Positions 53,009 through 63,020 of a stretch of 64,000 nt of DNA are shown in pieces. Location: positions 4,448,001 through 4,512,000 of the forward strand of contig OY969811.1 in the NCBI GenBank assembly GCA_963703315.1, read 5' to 3'. This DNA is from an uncultured cyanobacterium. Lineage in GTDB: Bacteria; Cyanobacteriota; Cyanobacteriia; Pseudanabaenales; Pseudanabaenaceae. The notes under the pieces were generated by a model. The model worked only from the letters and a program-made list of their open reading frames with translations, did no database searches and was not told the origin of the DNA. The position numbers and the translations under genes are program-made. Each line of letters begins with the position of its first letter. The first letter of the stretch is position 1.

Positions 53009-53309
53009 TGTCCATGTCTAGAGAGTTGCGGCGCGAAGCGCCGCAACTCTCTCTTTAGTTTATCGAGATAAATCACCCGTTTAGAGCTTTGCGCTTTTTC
53101 ATAAAACCCATAAAGTAACCACAGAGGCTTCGCTATTGTATTTACTTTATGGGTTTTATGAATTTTATGGTTTGGATGTGATGGGGATCAAGCTGTAAGT
53201 GATGAAAATCACCAAAACTTGATATTTAAGTTACATTCTCATCTTGATTTCCCCATTAACATCAATGCAATTAATGTGACTTTTTCAGACTGAATTGAAA
53301 ATTATGTTG

Positions 53310-53424
53310 TATAGCTGTCGCCATTCTTGCTAGGGCAAAACCCCAGAAGCAAGTGGCGGCGCGGAGCGCCGCCACTTGCTTCTGGGGTTTTGTAATTTGT
53401 CTTAACACAAATAGCGATAACTAT
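53310..53424. mobile_element. 115-bp MITE-like element (ATAGCTGTCGCCAT end family) with internal palindrome
   Basis: Ends TATAGCTGTCGCCAT / ATAGCGATAACTAT; internal CAAAACCCCAGAAGCAAGTGGCGGCGC-GGA-GCGCCGCCACTTGCTTCTGGGGTTTTG. Confidence 0.65.
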
Positions 53425-53521
53425 CAATCAGAAGCTAAAGATTTAGTTCAGCAGACGATTAGGAAACAAAAGACGCAAATTTTAGTCATTGCAATCGTTG
53501 GGACAACCTTGTTGGAGGAAT

Positions 53522-53707
53522 ATGAAGATGAATAGCACTTTTAGCCTTAAATCTAGTATTGCCTTGCTAGTTTTGAGTTTTGCTATGTTGGCAAATCCAA
53601 ACCAACCAACCAAATCAACATTAGCTGCACTCAGTGCTTACCAACCAGAGATCGCTGCCTCGGCTGTCGGAGCGATCGCCACCACTATGCAATATGAAAT
53701 TGTCTAG
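53522..53707 (+). CDS. Small hypothetical protein with hydrophobic N-terminus (61 aa)
   Basis: GGAGGA RBS directly upstream of ATG 53522/53528; signal-peptide-like segment. Confidence 0.5.
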   Translation: MKMNSTFSLKSSIALLVLSFAMLANPNQPTKSTLAALSAYQPEIAASAVGAIATTMQYEIV

Positions 53708-53866
53708 TGAGTTATCATCATCCTTAAACAAATAGAGGCGGCGCATTGCGCCGCCTCTATTTTTGTAACAAAGAGAGTTGCAGCGCATTGCGCTGCAACT
53801 CTCTTTGTTACAAAAAAGGTAGAATACTAGAGAAGTTTTTTTGGCTTTGATGAACAAGGGGCAATT

Positions 53867-55951
53867 TTGGAAAAAGGTACACTAGTCGAAGTGAAATTGC
53901 ATGGCGATCGCCGCCTTGTGGTAATTGATCGTCCTGAAGGCAAAAAGCATTTTCAAGCGATCGATCAAAATGGTAATACCCATACAATCCATCCCCGCGA
54001 GATTAACTACATCATTAAAGCCAGTGGTGAAAGCACAAGTTTTACGCCTACCCAAATCCCCTCATTTTTACAAAAAGTCGATAAATTTCTCGATCCTTCT
54101 AGCCTTGAAGTTGCTTGGGAAATTCTGATTGAAGATAGTCAAATAACTAGTCCTAACGATCTCGCGAATCTTCTCTTTTCAGAAATATCAGCAGTTACTT
54201 CCTACGCTTCCTATTGCTTATTAGCTAATGACAAGATTTACTTTAAGCAAAAGGGAGATTTGTACGAACCAAGATCGAGTTCACAAGTATTAGAACTCAA
54301 GCACCAAGCCGAAGCCGCCGCTCAACGCGCTAAGTTAATTGAAGAATTTCAGCAAAAGTTGACGACTAAGTTGTCAGGTGATGAGGTGACATGGACAACT
54401 AGCGATCGCAGTCGATTAGATTGTTTAGAACGCTATGCTCTGTATGGTGATGAAGCCTCAGATAAAGCGGCGGCTCAAGAACTTCTAAGTTTTGCCAAAC
54501 GTTCTAAAAATGAACAAGCGGCTTTTCAAATGCTCGTCGATCTAGGTATTTGGAGCGAACATGAAAATCTGAATTTACTTCGCAGTCAAATTCCCATTCG
54601 TTTTGCTAATGAGTTGATTGCCGCCGCCCAAGAATGTTTCACTGCACCAATTCCTGACAATATGGGAGACTTGCGGCGCGATCTAACGCACCTGCACGTT
54701 TATACAATTGATGATATTAGCACCACCGAAATTGATGATGGGCTGAGCATTGAAACCCTTGCTGATGGTCGCAAGCGCATCTGGGTGCATATTGCCGATC
54801 CGACCCGATGGCTCGATCCTGATAGTCCTCTCGACAAAGATGCTCGCAAGCGTGGTACGAGCGTTTATCTGCCTACAGGCGTGATCCCCATGTTTCCAAT
54901 TGAGTTGGCGGCGGGACCAATGAGTTTGATCGAGAATAAGGTCTGTCATGCGATGTCCTTTGCGGTTGATCTTGATGAAGTGGGAGCGATCGCCCATTAT
55001 GAAATAGTCGCAAGTTTAGTGAAGCCCAACTATCGCCTCACTTATGAAGATGTTGAAGAAATGCTGCAACTCGGTGTGGAGGATGATCTCGAACGTCTTG
55101 CTGATTTTGCCCGTTTGCGTAAAAAATGGCGCGTTGCTCAAGGTGCGATCGAAATTCACTTACCTGATACCAGTGTCAAAGTTGATTCTAAAAATGATGA
55201 TCGCCTGACTTTAGAATTAATGGAAGATACCTTCTCGCGTCAACTAGTCGCTGAGATGATGATCCTCGCAGGGGAAGTTGCTGCCAAATTTGCCCAAACC
55301 AATAATATTCCCATCCCCTATCGCTACCAAGAACAACCCGAATTGCCGCCTCTTGATACATTGATGCAATTGCCATCAGGTCCCGTGCGCGAGTTTGCGA
55401 TTTGTCGCTGTATGACTAAAGGTTCTCTAGGACTATATGCCTCTCGCCATGCAGGTTTGGGACTTGATGCTTACGCGCAGGTCACTTCACCAATTCGTCG
55501 TTATAGCGACTTGCTAGCCCATTGGCAAATCAAAGCTTTCTTGCGCGAAGAGCCTTTGCCCTTTACGGCGGAAATGCTGACGGCTATTTTGCAAGCGATC
55601 GATCCTGCGATTTGGGATGCCAATCAGGTCGAGAAGCAGTCGGTGCGTTATTGGAGCTTAGAATATTTGCGCCGTAACAAAGATGTGGTGTGGGAAGCAT
55701 TGATGCTGGATTGGTTGCGTGAAAATGAAAAGTTAGCGCTAGTGCTGATCGAAGATTTAGGTTTAAAGTTACCGATGCGAATCAATCGCCAAATTCAAGT
55801 TGGTGATACGCTGCGAATTAAAACTGGTGAAGTCGATCCCCGCAAAGATATTATTTATTTCCAAGAAGCTCAACAGTCAACTTCTATTTTAGAAATAGAA
55901 ATGGAACGAGATAGCGATCGCCTTGAATCTGAGTATGCAACTATTTCTTGA
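53867..55951 (+). CDS. RNase II/R family exoribonuclease (RNB domain)
   Basis: TIDDISTTEIDDGLS, VHIADP, HAGLGLDAYAQVTSPIRRYSDL. Confidence 0.93.
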   Translation: MEKGTLVEVKLHGDRRLVVIDRPEGKKHFQAIDQNGNTHTIHPREINYIIKASGESTSFTPTQIPSFLQKVDKFLDPSSLEVAWEILIEDSQITSPNDLANLLFSEISAVTSYASYCLLANDKIYFKQKGDLYEPRSSSQVLELKHQAEAAAQRAKLIEEFQQKLTTKLSGDEVTWTTSDRSRLDCLERYALYGDEASDKAAAQELLSFAKRSKNEQAAFQMLVDLGIWSEHENLNLLRSQIPIRFANELIAAAQECFTAPIPDNMGDLRRDLTHLHVYTIDDISTTEIDDGLSIETLADGRKRIWVHIADPTRWLDPDSPLDKDARKRGTSVYLPTGVIPMFPIELAAGPMSLIENKVCHAMSFAVDLDEVGAIAHYEIVASLVKPNYRLTYEDVEEMLQLGVEDDLERLADFARLRKKWRVAQGAIEIHLPDTSVKVDSKNDDRLTLELMEDTFSRQLVAEMMILAGEVAAKFAQTNNIPIPYRYQEQPELPPLDTLMQLPSGPVREFAICRCMTKGSLGLYASRHAGLGLDAYAQVTSPIRRYSDLLAHWQIKAFLREEPLPFTAEMLTAILQAIDPAIWDANQVEKQSVRYWSLEYLRRNKDVVWEALMLDWLRENEKLALVLIEDLGLKLPMRINRQIQVGDTLRIKTGEVDPRKDIIYFQEAQQSTSILEIEMERDSDRLESEYATIS

Positions 55952-56095
55952 TCACTTCAGCAAGAAAATTTTTAAAAGCGTTGCAAAGCAACGCTTTTAA
56001 AAATTTTCTTGGTTCGAGCTTGAGCGCAAAGCGCTGTAAATAGCTAACGCTTTTCTGCTAATCTGAGAACTGGTATCTACTATACAAAATGCATC

Positions 56096-57061
56096 ATGGC
56101 CGATCGCCAAATCCTGCTTGACTTTGAAAAGCCCATCGTTGAACTAGAAAATCGTATCGCCCAAATCCGCGAACTCGCGAATGAAAACGATGTCGATATG
56201 GTTGAGCAAATTCACCTTTTAGAGCAACGTGCCGAGCTTTTGCGGCGAGAAATTTTTTCAGGATTAGGCGCGATGCAACGGATGCAGATCGCCAGACATC
56301 CCCGCCGTCCTAGCACCCTTGACTATGTGCAGGCGATTACCGATGAGTGGATGGAGTTGCATGGCGATCGCCGAGGTAATGATGATCCAGCTTTAGTTGG
56401 TGGGCTTGCCCGCATTGGCGATCGCCCTGTGGTGATTTTGGGGCATCAAAAGGGACGTGATACTAAGGACAATATGACCCGCAACTTTGGCATGGCTTCC
56501 CCAGGGGGGTATCGCAAGGCGGCTCGACTAATGGATCATGCTAACCGTTTTAAATTGCCAATTATTACCTTAATTGATACCCCTGGGGCATATCCAGGGG
56601 TGTCGGCGGAGGAGCAAGGACAAGGTGAGGCGATCGCTGCAAATTTACGGCAAATGTTTGGACTAGGTGTGCCGATTATTTGTACCGTCATTGGTGAAGG
56701 CGGATCAGGTGGCGCTTTGGGGATCGGGATTGGCGATCACATCATGATGTTTGAAAACTCAGTCTATACAGTAGCGACACCTGAAGCTTGTGCCGCAATT
56801 TTATGGCGCGACTCGGCAAAGGCGGGTAAGGCTGCCGAAGCTTTAAAAATTACGGCTCCTGACTTGAAACGTTTAGGCATAGTCGATTATGTGATTGATG
56901 AGCCTCTCGGTGGGGCGCATCGTTTGCCATTACAAGCGGCTGAGAATCTGAAAGCTGCCCTAGTCGAAAATCTCGATCGCTTAAGTCAATTGCCTGTCGA
57001 AGATTTACAGGAGCTACGCTATCAAAAATTCCGCAAGATGGGCGTATTTCTCGAATCTTAA
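56096..57061 (+). CDS. accA: Acetyl-CoA carboxylase carboxyltransferase alpha subunit
   Basis: [37 protein letters not shown]. Confidence 0.97.
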   Translation: MADRQILLDFEKPIVELENRIAQIRELANENDVDMVEQIHLLEQRAELLRREIFSGLGAMQRMQIARHPRRPSTLDYVQAITDEWMELHGDRRGNDDPALVGGLARIGDRPVVILGHQKGRDTKDNMTRNFGMASPGGYRKAARLMDHANRFKLPIITLIDTPGAYPGVSAEEQGQGEAIAANLRQMFGLGVPIICTVIGEGGSGGALGIGIGDHIMMFENSVYTVATPEACAAILWRDSAKAGKAAEALKITAPDLKRLGIVDYVIDEPLGGAHRLPLQAAENLKAALVENLDRLSQLPVEDLQELRYQKFRKMGVFLES

Positions 57062-57111
57062 GCACTTTAACAAGAGAGTGACGGCGCGAAGCGCCGTCGC
57101 TCTCTTGTAGG

Positions 57112-58842
57112 TTATTGCAGGGGTAATTGCAAATGGGAAGGATAGTCAGCACTATAAAAAATTTGCTGTGTTGCCTCTACGAAATCAGTGACCTTTGCCT
57201 CTGATGGTAATTTCTGGGTATTAGAATGGCGCTCAATAATAGGGAATGCAGAACTAGCGATCGCCACGCCAATCCGATGTCCTTTCGTAAAATTCTGACA
57301 AGTCGCTCTTAACTTAATTCGGTATTCATTCACTACATCAGGTTCAATCCATTCAGGCTCAGTCCATGAATTACGGAACTTGGCTCGCAACACACCAATA
57401 GTTACTAACATTTGCTTACCATCAGGATAAATATCTAATAACTTCACTACCCAATCGGTATCGGGAGCTGTAGTGGCGGCATAGAGGATAAATTCGGGAA
57501 TACCTGCGATCGCTAGATCTTCTTCCATTACATCGCTTTGATAAACCAACACATCCCAACGTTGATGCACAGAACGCTGATCATAGAATCCTTGAGGTGT
57601 GGATGGATTAGGATTGCGAGGATCGTAGACGTAGATATCGGGTAGTTGGTGATTGGTGATTGGTAATTGGTTTTTTAGTTGCTTTTGAGCAGATAGATAG
57701 AAGTTCTGTGTAATTATATTTTGAAGGGGATTTTGCGGGAATTCTGGTAAATCTAGCCAGTGATTTTTGCCCATCAGGAAAAGATTCACAGGAGCGCGAT
57801 CGCTGATGCCATTCTCAATACCTTTGAGCCAAAAATCAAACCAATCAACTTGTAATTGATCAATTGTGGAAACTGCGGCTTCCCCAAAATCAATTTCTCC
57901 CACTTTTGGCAACCAAGGTAGATGCTGCCAAGGGGCGACAACTAAATGTTGAGGCTGTGAGGTGGCGGCTTTGGCTTGATGATAGGTGTTAATTGTTGCC
58001 TCGATAAACAGATCTGCCCATCCTGCAATATGCAAAGCTGGTAGATCAAAGCGATCGAAATAACTGAGAGGATTAAGTTTTTGCCAATATTGATCATTGG
58101 CTTGCTGATTGCCAATCCAATCAAAAAAGAACTCTCCAAATTCTTTGTTTTTAAATAGTTCTATTTCAGTCAATGGTGAAGTTTCTAACCATTTAGAGAC
58201 CTCCTTCTGAGCGTTAAAAAGTTGGGTTGCTTGCGGTTCTTTTTGTAAATACCACGCTCGATTTTGTGCTAGTTGCAAAGCCCAGCCCAAACTAAAATCA
58301 AGACATACCGCACCACCAAAATAGAACCATCCATGATATAAATCTGCCGTTGCCATACTCGGACAGATGGTAACTAGCCCTTGAGGTTGCTGTACTGCTG
58401 CCTGAAATTGTGTGACACCCTGATAGGAAAATCCATACATTCCCACCTTGCCACTACTACCTTCTAGTTCCTTCGCGCACCATTCTACTGTGTCAAAACC
58501 ATCGTCATACTCATTCCGAAATGGATAGAACTCTCCTTCGGAAGTGCCGCAACCACGCACATCCTGAATTACCACGATATAGCCTTGATGGGCGTACCAA
58601 CTAGGATGAGCATAAGTACAAGTAGAGGCGATCGCTCGACCATAGGGTAGGCGCATTAGCAGCACGGGCAGAGGATGATCAACACCTTTCGGACGATAAA
58701 TATCTGCCGTCAAGTTGGTGCGATCGCGCATGGGGATTTTGACTTGACGCTGCACATTGACTTGAGAATGGAACGCCGTTAATTTAGGAGGCATAAAAAA
58801 TATTGTTGAAGAATTTTTCTTTTTTGAGTGAGCTTTGCTCAC
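57112..58842 (-). CDS. CocE/NonD family serine hydrolase
   Basis: IPMRD..LTADIYRP, QDVRG.GTSEG, GFSYQG nucleophile, C-terminal PepX-like domain. Start probably at the internal Met (MPPKL). Confidence 0.9.
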   Translation of the reverse strand: MSKAHSKKKNSSTIFFMPPKLTAFHSQVNVQRQVKIPMRDRTNLTADIYRPKGVDHPLPVLLMRLPYGRAIASTCTYAHPSWYAHQGYIVVIQDVRGCGTSEGEFYPFRNEYDDGFDTVEWCAKELEGSSGKVGMYGFSYQGVTQFQAAVQQPQGLVTICPSMATADLYHGWFYFGGAVCLDFSLGWALQLAQNRAWYLQKEPQATQLFNAQKEVSKWLETSPLTEIELFKNKEFGEFFFDWIGNQQANDQYWQKLNPLSYFDRFDLPALHIAGWADLFIEATINTYHQAKAATSQPQHLVVAPWQHLPWLPKVGEIDFGEAAVSTIDQLQVDWFDFWLKGIENGISDRAPVNLFLMGKNHWLDLPEFPQNPLQNIITQNFYLSAQKQLKNQLPITNHQLPDIYVYDPRNPNPSTPQGFYDQRSVHQRWDVLVYQSDVMEEDLAIAGIPEFILYAATTAPDTDWVVKLLDIYPDGKQMLVTIGVLRAKFRNSWTEPEWIEPDVVNEYRIKLRATCQNFTKGHRIGVAIASSAFPIIERHSNTQKLPSEAKVTDFVEATQQIFYSADYPSHLQLPLQ

Positions 58843-58851
58843 TCAAAAAGT

Positions 58852-59037
58852 TTAATTTTGTTGCCAGTCTGGGAAGACCTTTCTGATTTCGATGAGCAGA
58901 TCATCAAGTTCTTCTAAAGCTTGAATGACATCGATGCTCAATGTACCCAAATTATCCTTGAGAGACAATTGCACCAGTAATTCACGCTTGCTAGCGATCG
59001 CCACAAATCTTTCTTTGAGAGTTTCAGGAGTTAACAT
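58852..59037 (-). CDS. Small hypothetical protein (61 aa)
   Basis: Helical amphipathic ORF co-oriented between cysK and the CocE gene. Confidence 0.55.
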   Translation of the reverse strand: MLTPETLKERFVAIASKRELLVQLSLKDNLGTLSIDVIQALEELDDLLIEIRKVFPDWQQN

Positions 59038-59065
59038 ATCAAGTAGTTTTGTAAATTGTTTTAAT

Positions 59066-59121
59066 TAGGACTTACGCAAAAGAACGAAATGTAAGAGCAA
59101 TTCATGAATTGCCCTTACATT
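59066..59121. repeat. Solo IS701-type end plus GTAG-type REP palindrome
   Basis: TAGGACTTACGCA at 59066-59078; AATGTAAGAGCAATTCATGAATTGCCCTTACATT at 59088-59121. Confidence 0.6.
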
Positions 59122-59125
59122 ACAG

Positions 59126-60079
59126 CTAGCTAAGTGCCAATAGTTCAGGATCTTGGAACAGCGCCGTACTCAGGTAACGTTCGCCAAAACTAGGTTGAAT
59201 CATCACGATCATTTTACCTGCATTCTCTGGACGTTTAGCAATTTGGATTGCGGCATAAAGCGCTGCGCCACTAGAAATTCCTGAAAGCAAGCCTTCTTCT
59301 CTAGCTAGTCTGCGTCCGTAGATGATCGCCTGTTCATCGGTGACAGGAATAACTTCATCAATCAATTCCGTTTTCAAAACTTCAGGCACAAATCCCGCAC
59401 CGATACCTTGAATTTTGTGAGGACCTGGGCGACTACCCGCTAATACTTGACTGTTGGCTGGTTCGACAGCGATCGCCTTAAACTCTGGCTTGCGTGCTTT
59501 AATTACTTCCGCAACCCCTGTAATCGTACCGCCAGTTCCCACACCCGAAATTAAGAAATCAACCTGTCCATCGGTATCTTCCCAAATCTCTTCGGCTGTA
59601 GTTTTACGATGAATAGAAGGATTAGAAGGATTACGAAACTGTTGCAGCATATAGGCATCAGGAGTACTTTCGGTAATTTCCTTAGCGCGACGGATTGCCC
59701 CCCCCATGCCTTCGCTACCTGTAGTTAGTTCCAGTTCGGCTCCATAGGCGCGTAACATCGATCGCCTCTCAATGCTCATCGTTTCAGGCATAGTCAGGAT
59801 CAATCGATATCCCTTAGCCGCAGCGACCATCGCCAAAGCAATGCCTGTATTGCCCGAAGTTGGCTCTACCAAAATCGTTTTATTCGGTGCAATTAAGCCC
59901 TGATCCTCTGCTTCTTGGATCATGTTTACGCCGATGCGATCTTTAACAGATGCGGCAGGATTCATGCTTTCCAGTTTGACGATAATTCTTGCCACACACC
60001 CTTCAGCCTTAGGAATGCGTTGCAATTCAACTAGGGGCGTACGACCGACTAATTCTGTAATATTATTGGCAATTTTCAT
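59126..60079 (-). CDS. cysK: Cysteine synthase A
   Basis: [40 protein letters not shown]. Start ATG 60079. Confidence 0.96.
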   Translation of the reverse strand: MKIANNITELVGRTPLVELQRIPKAEGCVARIIVKLESMNPAASVKDRIGVNMIQEAEDQGLIAPNKTILVEPTSGNTGIALAMVAAAKGYRLILTMPETMSIERRSMLRAYGAELELTTGSEGMGGAIRRAKEITESTPDAYMLQQFRNPSNPSIHRKTTAEEIWEDTDGQVDFLISGVGTGGTITGVAEVIKARKPEFKAIAVEPANSQVLAGSRPGPHKIQGIGAGFVPEVLKTELIDEVIPVTDEQAIIYGRRLAREEGLLSGISSGAALYAAIQIAKRPENAGKMIVMIQPSFGERYLSTALFQDPELLALS

Positions 60080-60286
60080 AGATAAAAGCTTAAATGATTG
60101 CGGGTAAATGAGCTTGTAGTCAACTTTAGAGCATTTTTGATGTCTTGGAAAATTAGCGATCGCCACTTTTATGCCCCAAAAGCTACACACACTAACTCTT
60201 TTCGGCTTTAATAGGGATATTGCGATCGCAAAAAATTTTCACAACATCATCACAAACTTATTAATTAACCATTAAGTAACTTAATT

Positions 60287-60694
60287 ATGGCTGCTACTTT
60301 AAAAGATTTTTTAGAAGAATGTCACACTCTCGGCTTAGTCCGCCTGATCGTCACCAGTGATGCGGGTGTGCTGGAAGCAAGGGTAAATATCGAGAAGCTA
60401 TTTTACGCGGAACTCCCCAAGGGCAAGTATGCGAATATGCATTCCGAACACATCGAGTTTCACCTAAACATGGACAAAATTACCGATGTCCGCTTTGAAA
60501 CCGCCGAAGCCAAACGCGGCAATTTCACCACCTACGCCGTCCGTTTCCTCGATGCCAATGACAAGCCCCAAATGAGTGCTTTCCTACAATGGGGTAAACC
60601 AGGGGAATATGCTGAAGGTCAAGTCGAAGCATGGGCTGCCCTCAAAGACAAGTACGGCGAAACTTGGAAGCCTGAGCCTGTTGAGAGTATATAA
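60287..60694 (+). CDS. ChuX/HutX-like heme-binding family protein
   Basis: LGLVRLIVTSDAGVLE, EFHLNMDKI, AVRFLD pattern. Confidence 0.65.
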   Translation: MAATLKDFLEECHTLGLVRLIVTSDAGVLEARVNIEKLFYAELPKGKYANMHSEHIEFHLNMDKITDVRFETAEAKRGNFTTYAVRFLDANDKPQMSAFLQWGKPGEYAEGQVEAWAALKDKYGETWKPEPVESI

Positions 60695-60741
60695 ATATTT
60701 TTGAGATGATTGGTAAAAATACCCAGAGCTATTAAATTCTC

Positions 60742-62043
60742 ATGAAAATACTAAGGGAAATAAGTCGTGGTGGTTTTGGTCGAGTTGAGCTAGTTGAATT
60801 AGATACAAGTAGTATTGTTGCTAGAAAAGTATTTGATCCTGTTCCTAGTATTTTAGACGCATCTGAACTACCAAAGTTGAAAAAGCGATTTCAAAGAGAA
60901 GTCAAAGTCCAAAAGTCACTAAGTAGTGATTATTTTATGTCAGTTCTTGATGCTGATCTTGATGCTGAAACCCCTTGGTTTACTATGCCACTTGCAGATC
61001 GAAACCTTTCGGAAGAACTAGAGGAATCTCGTAAAAATGGTAATATCCCTCTAGAAGCATTGTCAGACATTCTAAATGCGCTAGAAGAACTTCATTCACT
61101 CGGCTATGTTCATCGCGATCTTAAGCCTCAAAACATCCTTTTTCATGAAAATCGTTGGAAGTTATCAGATTTTGGTTTAGTACTTCCTGTTTCAGGTGCT
61201 ACTACCAAATTGACATCTATTGATTCATCTTGGGGAACTATGGGCTACTGTGCTCCAGAACAGGCTGAAGACTTTCGTAATGCTACACCCAGCGTAGATA
61301 TTTATGCTTTTGGGTGCATACTACATGATCTATTTGCAGGATTTCCTCGTGTACCTTATCAACGTTATACAATACAACATCCTGTAGGCATGATAATTGA
61401 AAAATGTACAGAGATAGAACCCAAAAAGCGATTTAAAAATATTACTTCACTACGCGGTACACTTCTCAAGCTATTATCAGAATCGCAAAGTCTTACTCCT
61501 AGCCCTAGTGCTACAGAATGGGAAGGAAAACTGCAAAATCTATCTAATTGGAATATTCAACAATTAGAAGATTTTGCAAGATTTATGAAATCAACTCAAG
61601 ATGAATCTGATTTGTGGGTTGTATGTCGGGCAATTGATGAAGAAGTTTTGCGTACTCTCTGCTCAATAGATAGAGAACTTTGGCAATTAATAGCTCTAGG
61701 ATATTGTGATTGGTCACATGGCTCATTTAACTTCGACTACTGCGATGTGATTATCAGGAGATTGGAAGTGATTTTTGAGTTAGGCAATCTTGATGTCAAA
61801 TCATCTGCTGCTATAGCAAGTGCCACTTTAGGGTGGTCTCATCATCGCTGGTTTGTCATGGGAAAAGTTCTATTTATGCTGGGTGCAAATTTAGATAATT
61901 TGGTAGCACAGCGAATTGCAATAGAAATAAGTGTCGAAGAAGTTTACAAACAATTTATTTCTTGTGCAGAGTTTCTCAAACGAAGTGTCAATGATTACCA
62001 CCCTCAAATTGCTGAAGTTTTGATTGAGTATCAAAAAAAATAG
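60742..62043 (+). CDS. Hanks-type Ser/Thr protein kinase with uncharacterised C-terminal helical domain
   Basis: RGGFGRV, VARK, HRDLKPQN, SDFG, YCAPE, DIYAFG. No TM segment seen. Confidence 0.9.
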   Translation: MKILREISRGGFGRVELVELDTSSIVARKVFDPVPSILDASELPKLKKRFQREVKVQKSLSSDYFMSVLDADLDAETPWFTMPLADRNLSEELEESRKNGNIPLEALSDILNALEELHSLGYVHRDLKPQNILFHENRWKLSDFGLVLPVSGATTKLTSIDSSWGTMGYCAPEQAEDFRNATPSVDIYAFGCILHDLFAGFPRVPYQRYTIQHPVGMIIEKCTEIEPKKRFKNITSLRGTLLKLLSESQSLTPSPSATEWEGKLQNLSNWNIQQLEDFARFMKSTQDESDLWVVCRAIDEEVLRTLCSIDRELWQLIALGYCDWSHGSFNFDYCDVIIRRLEVIFELGNLDVKSSAAIASATLGWSHHRWFVMGKVLFMLGANLDNLVAQRIAIEISVEEVYKQFISCAEFLKRSVNDYHPQIAEVLIEYQKK

Positions 62044-62102
62044 TTGTCTTCTAGTTGCATTTCAGTAAAACATCTTAAATCCTTAAAAGATTAAGATACC
62101 AA

Positions 62103-62219
62103 TTTGATTTTTGTGGAGTAGCGATCATGATGTTTTGGGTGTTGAGGAGGCGATCTCTGTTTGATTTTCATGAAGTGGCGATCGCGATTTTGGGTGTTGA
62201 GGGGGCGATCGCTGTTTGA
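62103..62219 (+). repeat. HIP1-based ~55-bp tandem repeat, units 1-2
   Basis: Unit consensus TTTGATTTTTGTGAAGTRGCGATCGCGATTTTGGGTGTTGAGGGGGCGATCGCTG; units at 62103-62159 and 62160-62214. Confidence 0.9.
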
Positions 62220-62237
62220 ATATTGTAAAATCAAATA

Positions 62238-62471
62238 ATGGGTAAGAAAGAAAAACTACTTGAACTCCTAAAAAACAGTCCCAACAATGTGACGTTTGGC
62301 GATATTCGTAAACTTTTAGAGCTAGAAGGTTTTGACTTGGATAGAATTACAGGTAGTCATCATATTTTCAAAAGAGATGAAGTAGTTCTAGTCATCCCAG
62401 TCCACAACAACCGAGTCAAGTCTGTATATGTTAAAAGAGTTGTAGAACTTATTGAAGGAGAACAATCATGA
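62238..62471 (+). CDS. hicA: HicA family toxin
   Basis: LELEGF..RITGSHHIF, IPVH, VKSVYVK. Confidence 0.88.
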   Translation: MGKKEKLLELLKNSPNNVTFGDIRKLLELEGFDLDRITGSHHIFKRDEVVLVIPVHNNRVKSVYVKRVVELIEGEQS

Positions 62472-62695
62472 AATATCCAATAGTGATTTATCCATGTGAA
62501 GAAGGTGGTTTTGTAGCTGAAATTCCTGCTTTAAAAGGATGTTTAGCTCAAGGTGAAACCCTAGAAGAAACCTTGCAAGAGTTAATTACAGTAAGAACTT
62601 TGTGGCTAGAGACAGCCCAAAAGCATGGTCAAAAACTTCCAGATGAAAGTAAGGCGATCGCTAGAGTAAAAGCATTAAGTGCGATCGCTGTTTGA
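62468..62695 (+). CDS. hicB: HicB family antitoxin (short, no DNA-binding domain)
   Basis: EEGGFVAEIPALKGCLAQGETLEE; ATGA overlap with hicA. Confidence 0.88.
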   Translation: MKYPIVIYPCEEGGFVAEIPALKGCLAQGETLEETLQELITVRTLWLETAQKHGQKLPDESKAIARVKALSAIAV

Positions 62696-62743
62696 TTTTT
62701 GTGAAGTAGCGATCGCGATTTTGGGTGTTGAGGGGGCGGGCTG
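62681..62743 (+). repeat. HIP1-based tandem repeat, unit 3 (overlaps hicB 3' end)
   Basis: GCGATCGCTG-TTTGATTTTTGTGAAGTAGCGATCGCGATTTTGGGTGTTGAGGGGGCGGGCTG. Confidence 0.9.
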
Positions 62744-62763
62744 TGTTAACAAAGTGACTCAAT

Positions 62764-62772
62764 TGTTATAAT
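62764..62772 (+). promoter_or_regulatory. Candidate extended -10 promoter for the vapBC-like pair
   Basis: TGTTATAAT, 32 nt upstream of ATG 62805. Confidence 0.5.
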
Positions 62773-62804
62773 CATTTCTACAACATGATTAAGTTCTAAT
62801 CCTA

Positions 62805-63020
62805 ATGTCAATAACCCTAGAAGAAAGAGTCGCAATCCTAGAAGCTGAAATATCCCTGATTAAGAACAAAGTGGAAAGTCCAACTGTCACAGTAAAACCT
62901 TGGTGGGAGCAAATCACGGGAACATTTGCTGACAGCCCAGACTATGACAAAGCCATGCAACTAGGCAAAAAATACCGTGAGTCATTGCGTAAGACATCAA
63001 CAAAGTCCCGCAAAAAATAG
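62805..63020 (+). CDS. Putative antitoxin of the PIN toxin
   Basis: LEERVAILEAE coiled coil, PWWEQITGTF, AMQLGKKYRES; directly abuts the PIN gene. Confidence 0.72.
   Translation: MSITLEERVAILEAEISLIKNKVESPTVTVKPWWEQITGTFADSPDYDKAMQLGKKYRESLRKTSTKSRKK

Noticed and set aside
53353..53857. Short ORFs 53353-53535 and 53621-53857, plus 35585-35779 and the N-terminal extensions of the ORFs ending at 7974, 21217, 40311 and 52136
   Set aside because: They are read-through of palindromes or MITEs (for example MAARSAAT, RLRRAK) with no protein-like signal.
62103..62745. CRISPR array
   Set aside because: The units are tandem without unique spacers, the only insert is a 476-bp gene pair, and there are no cas genes.
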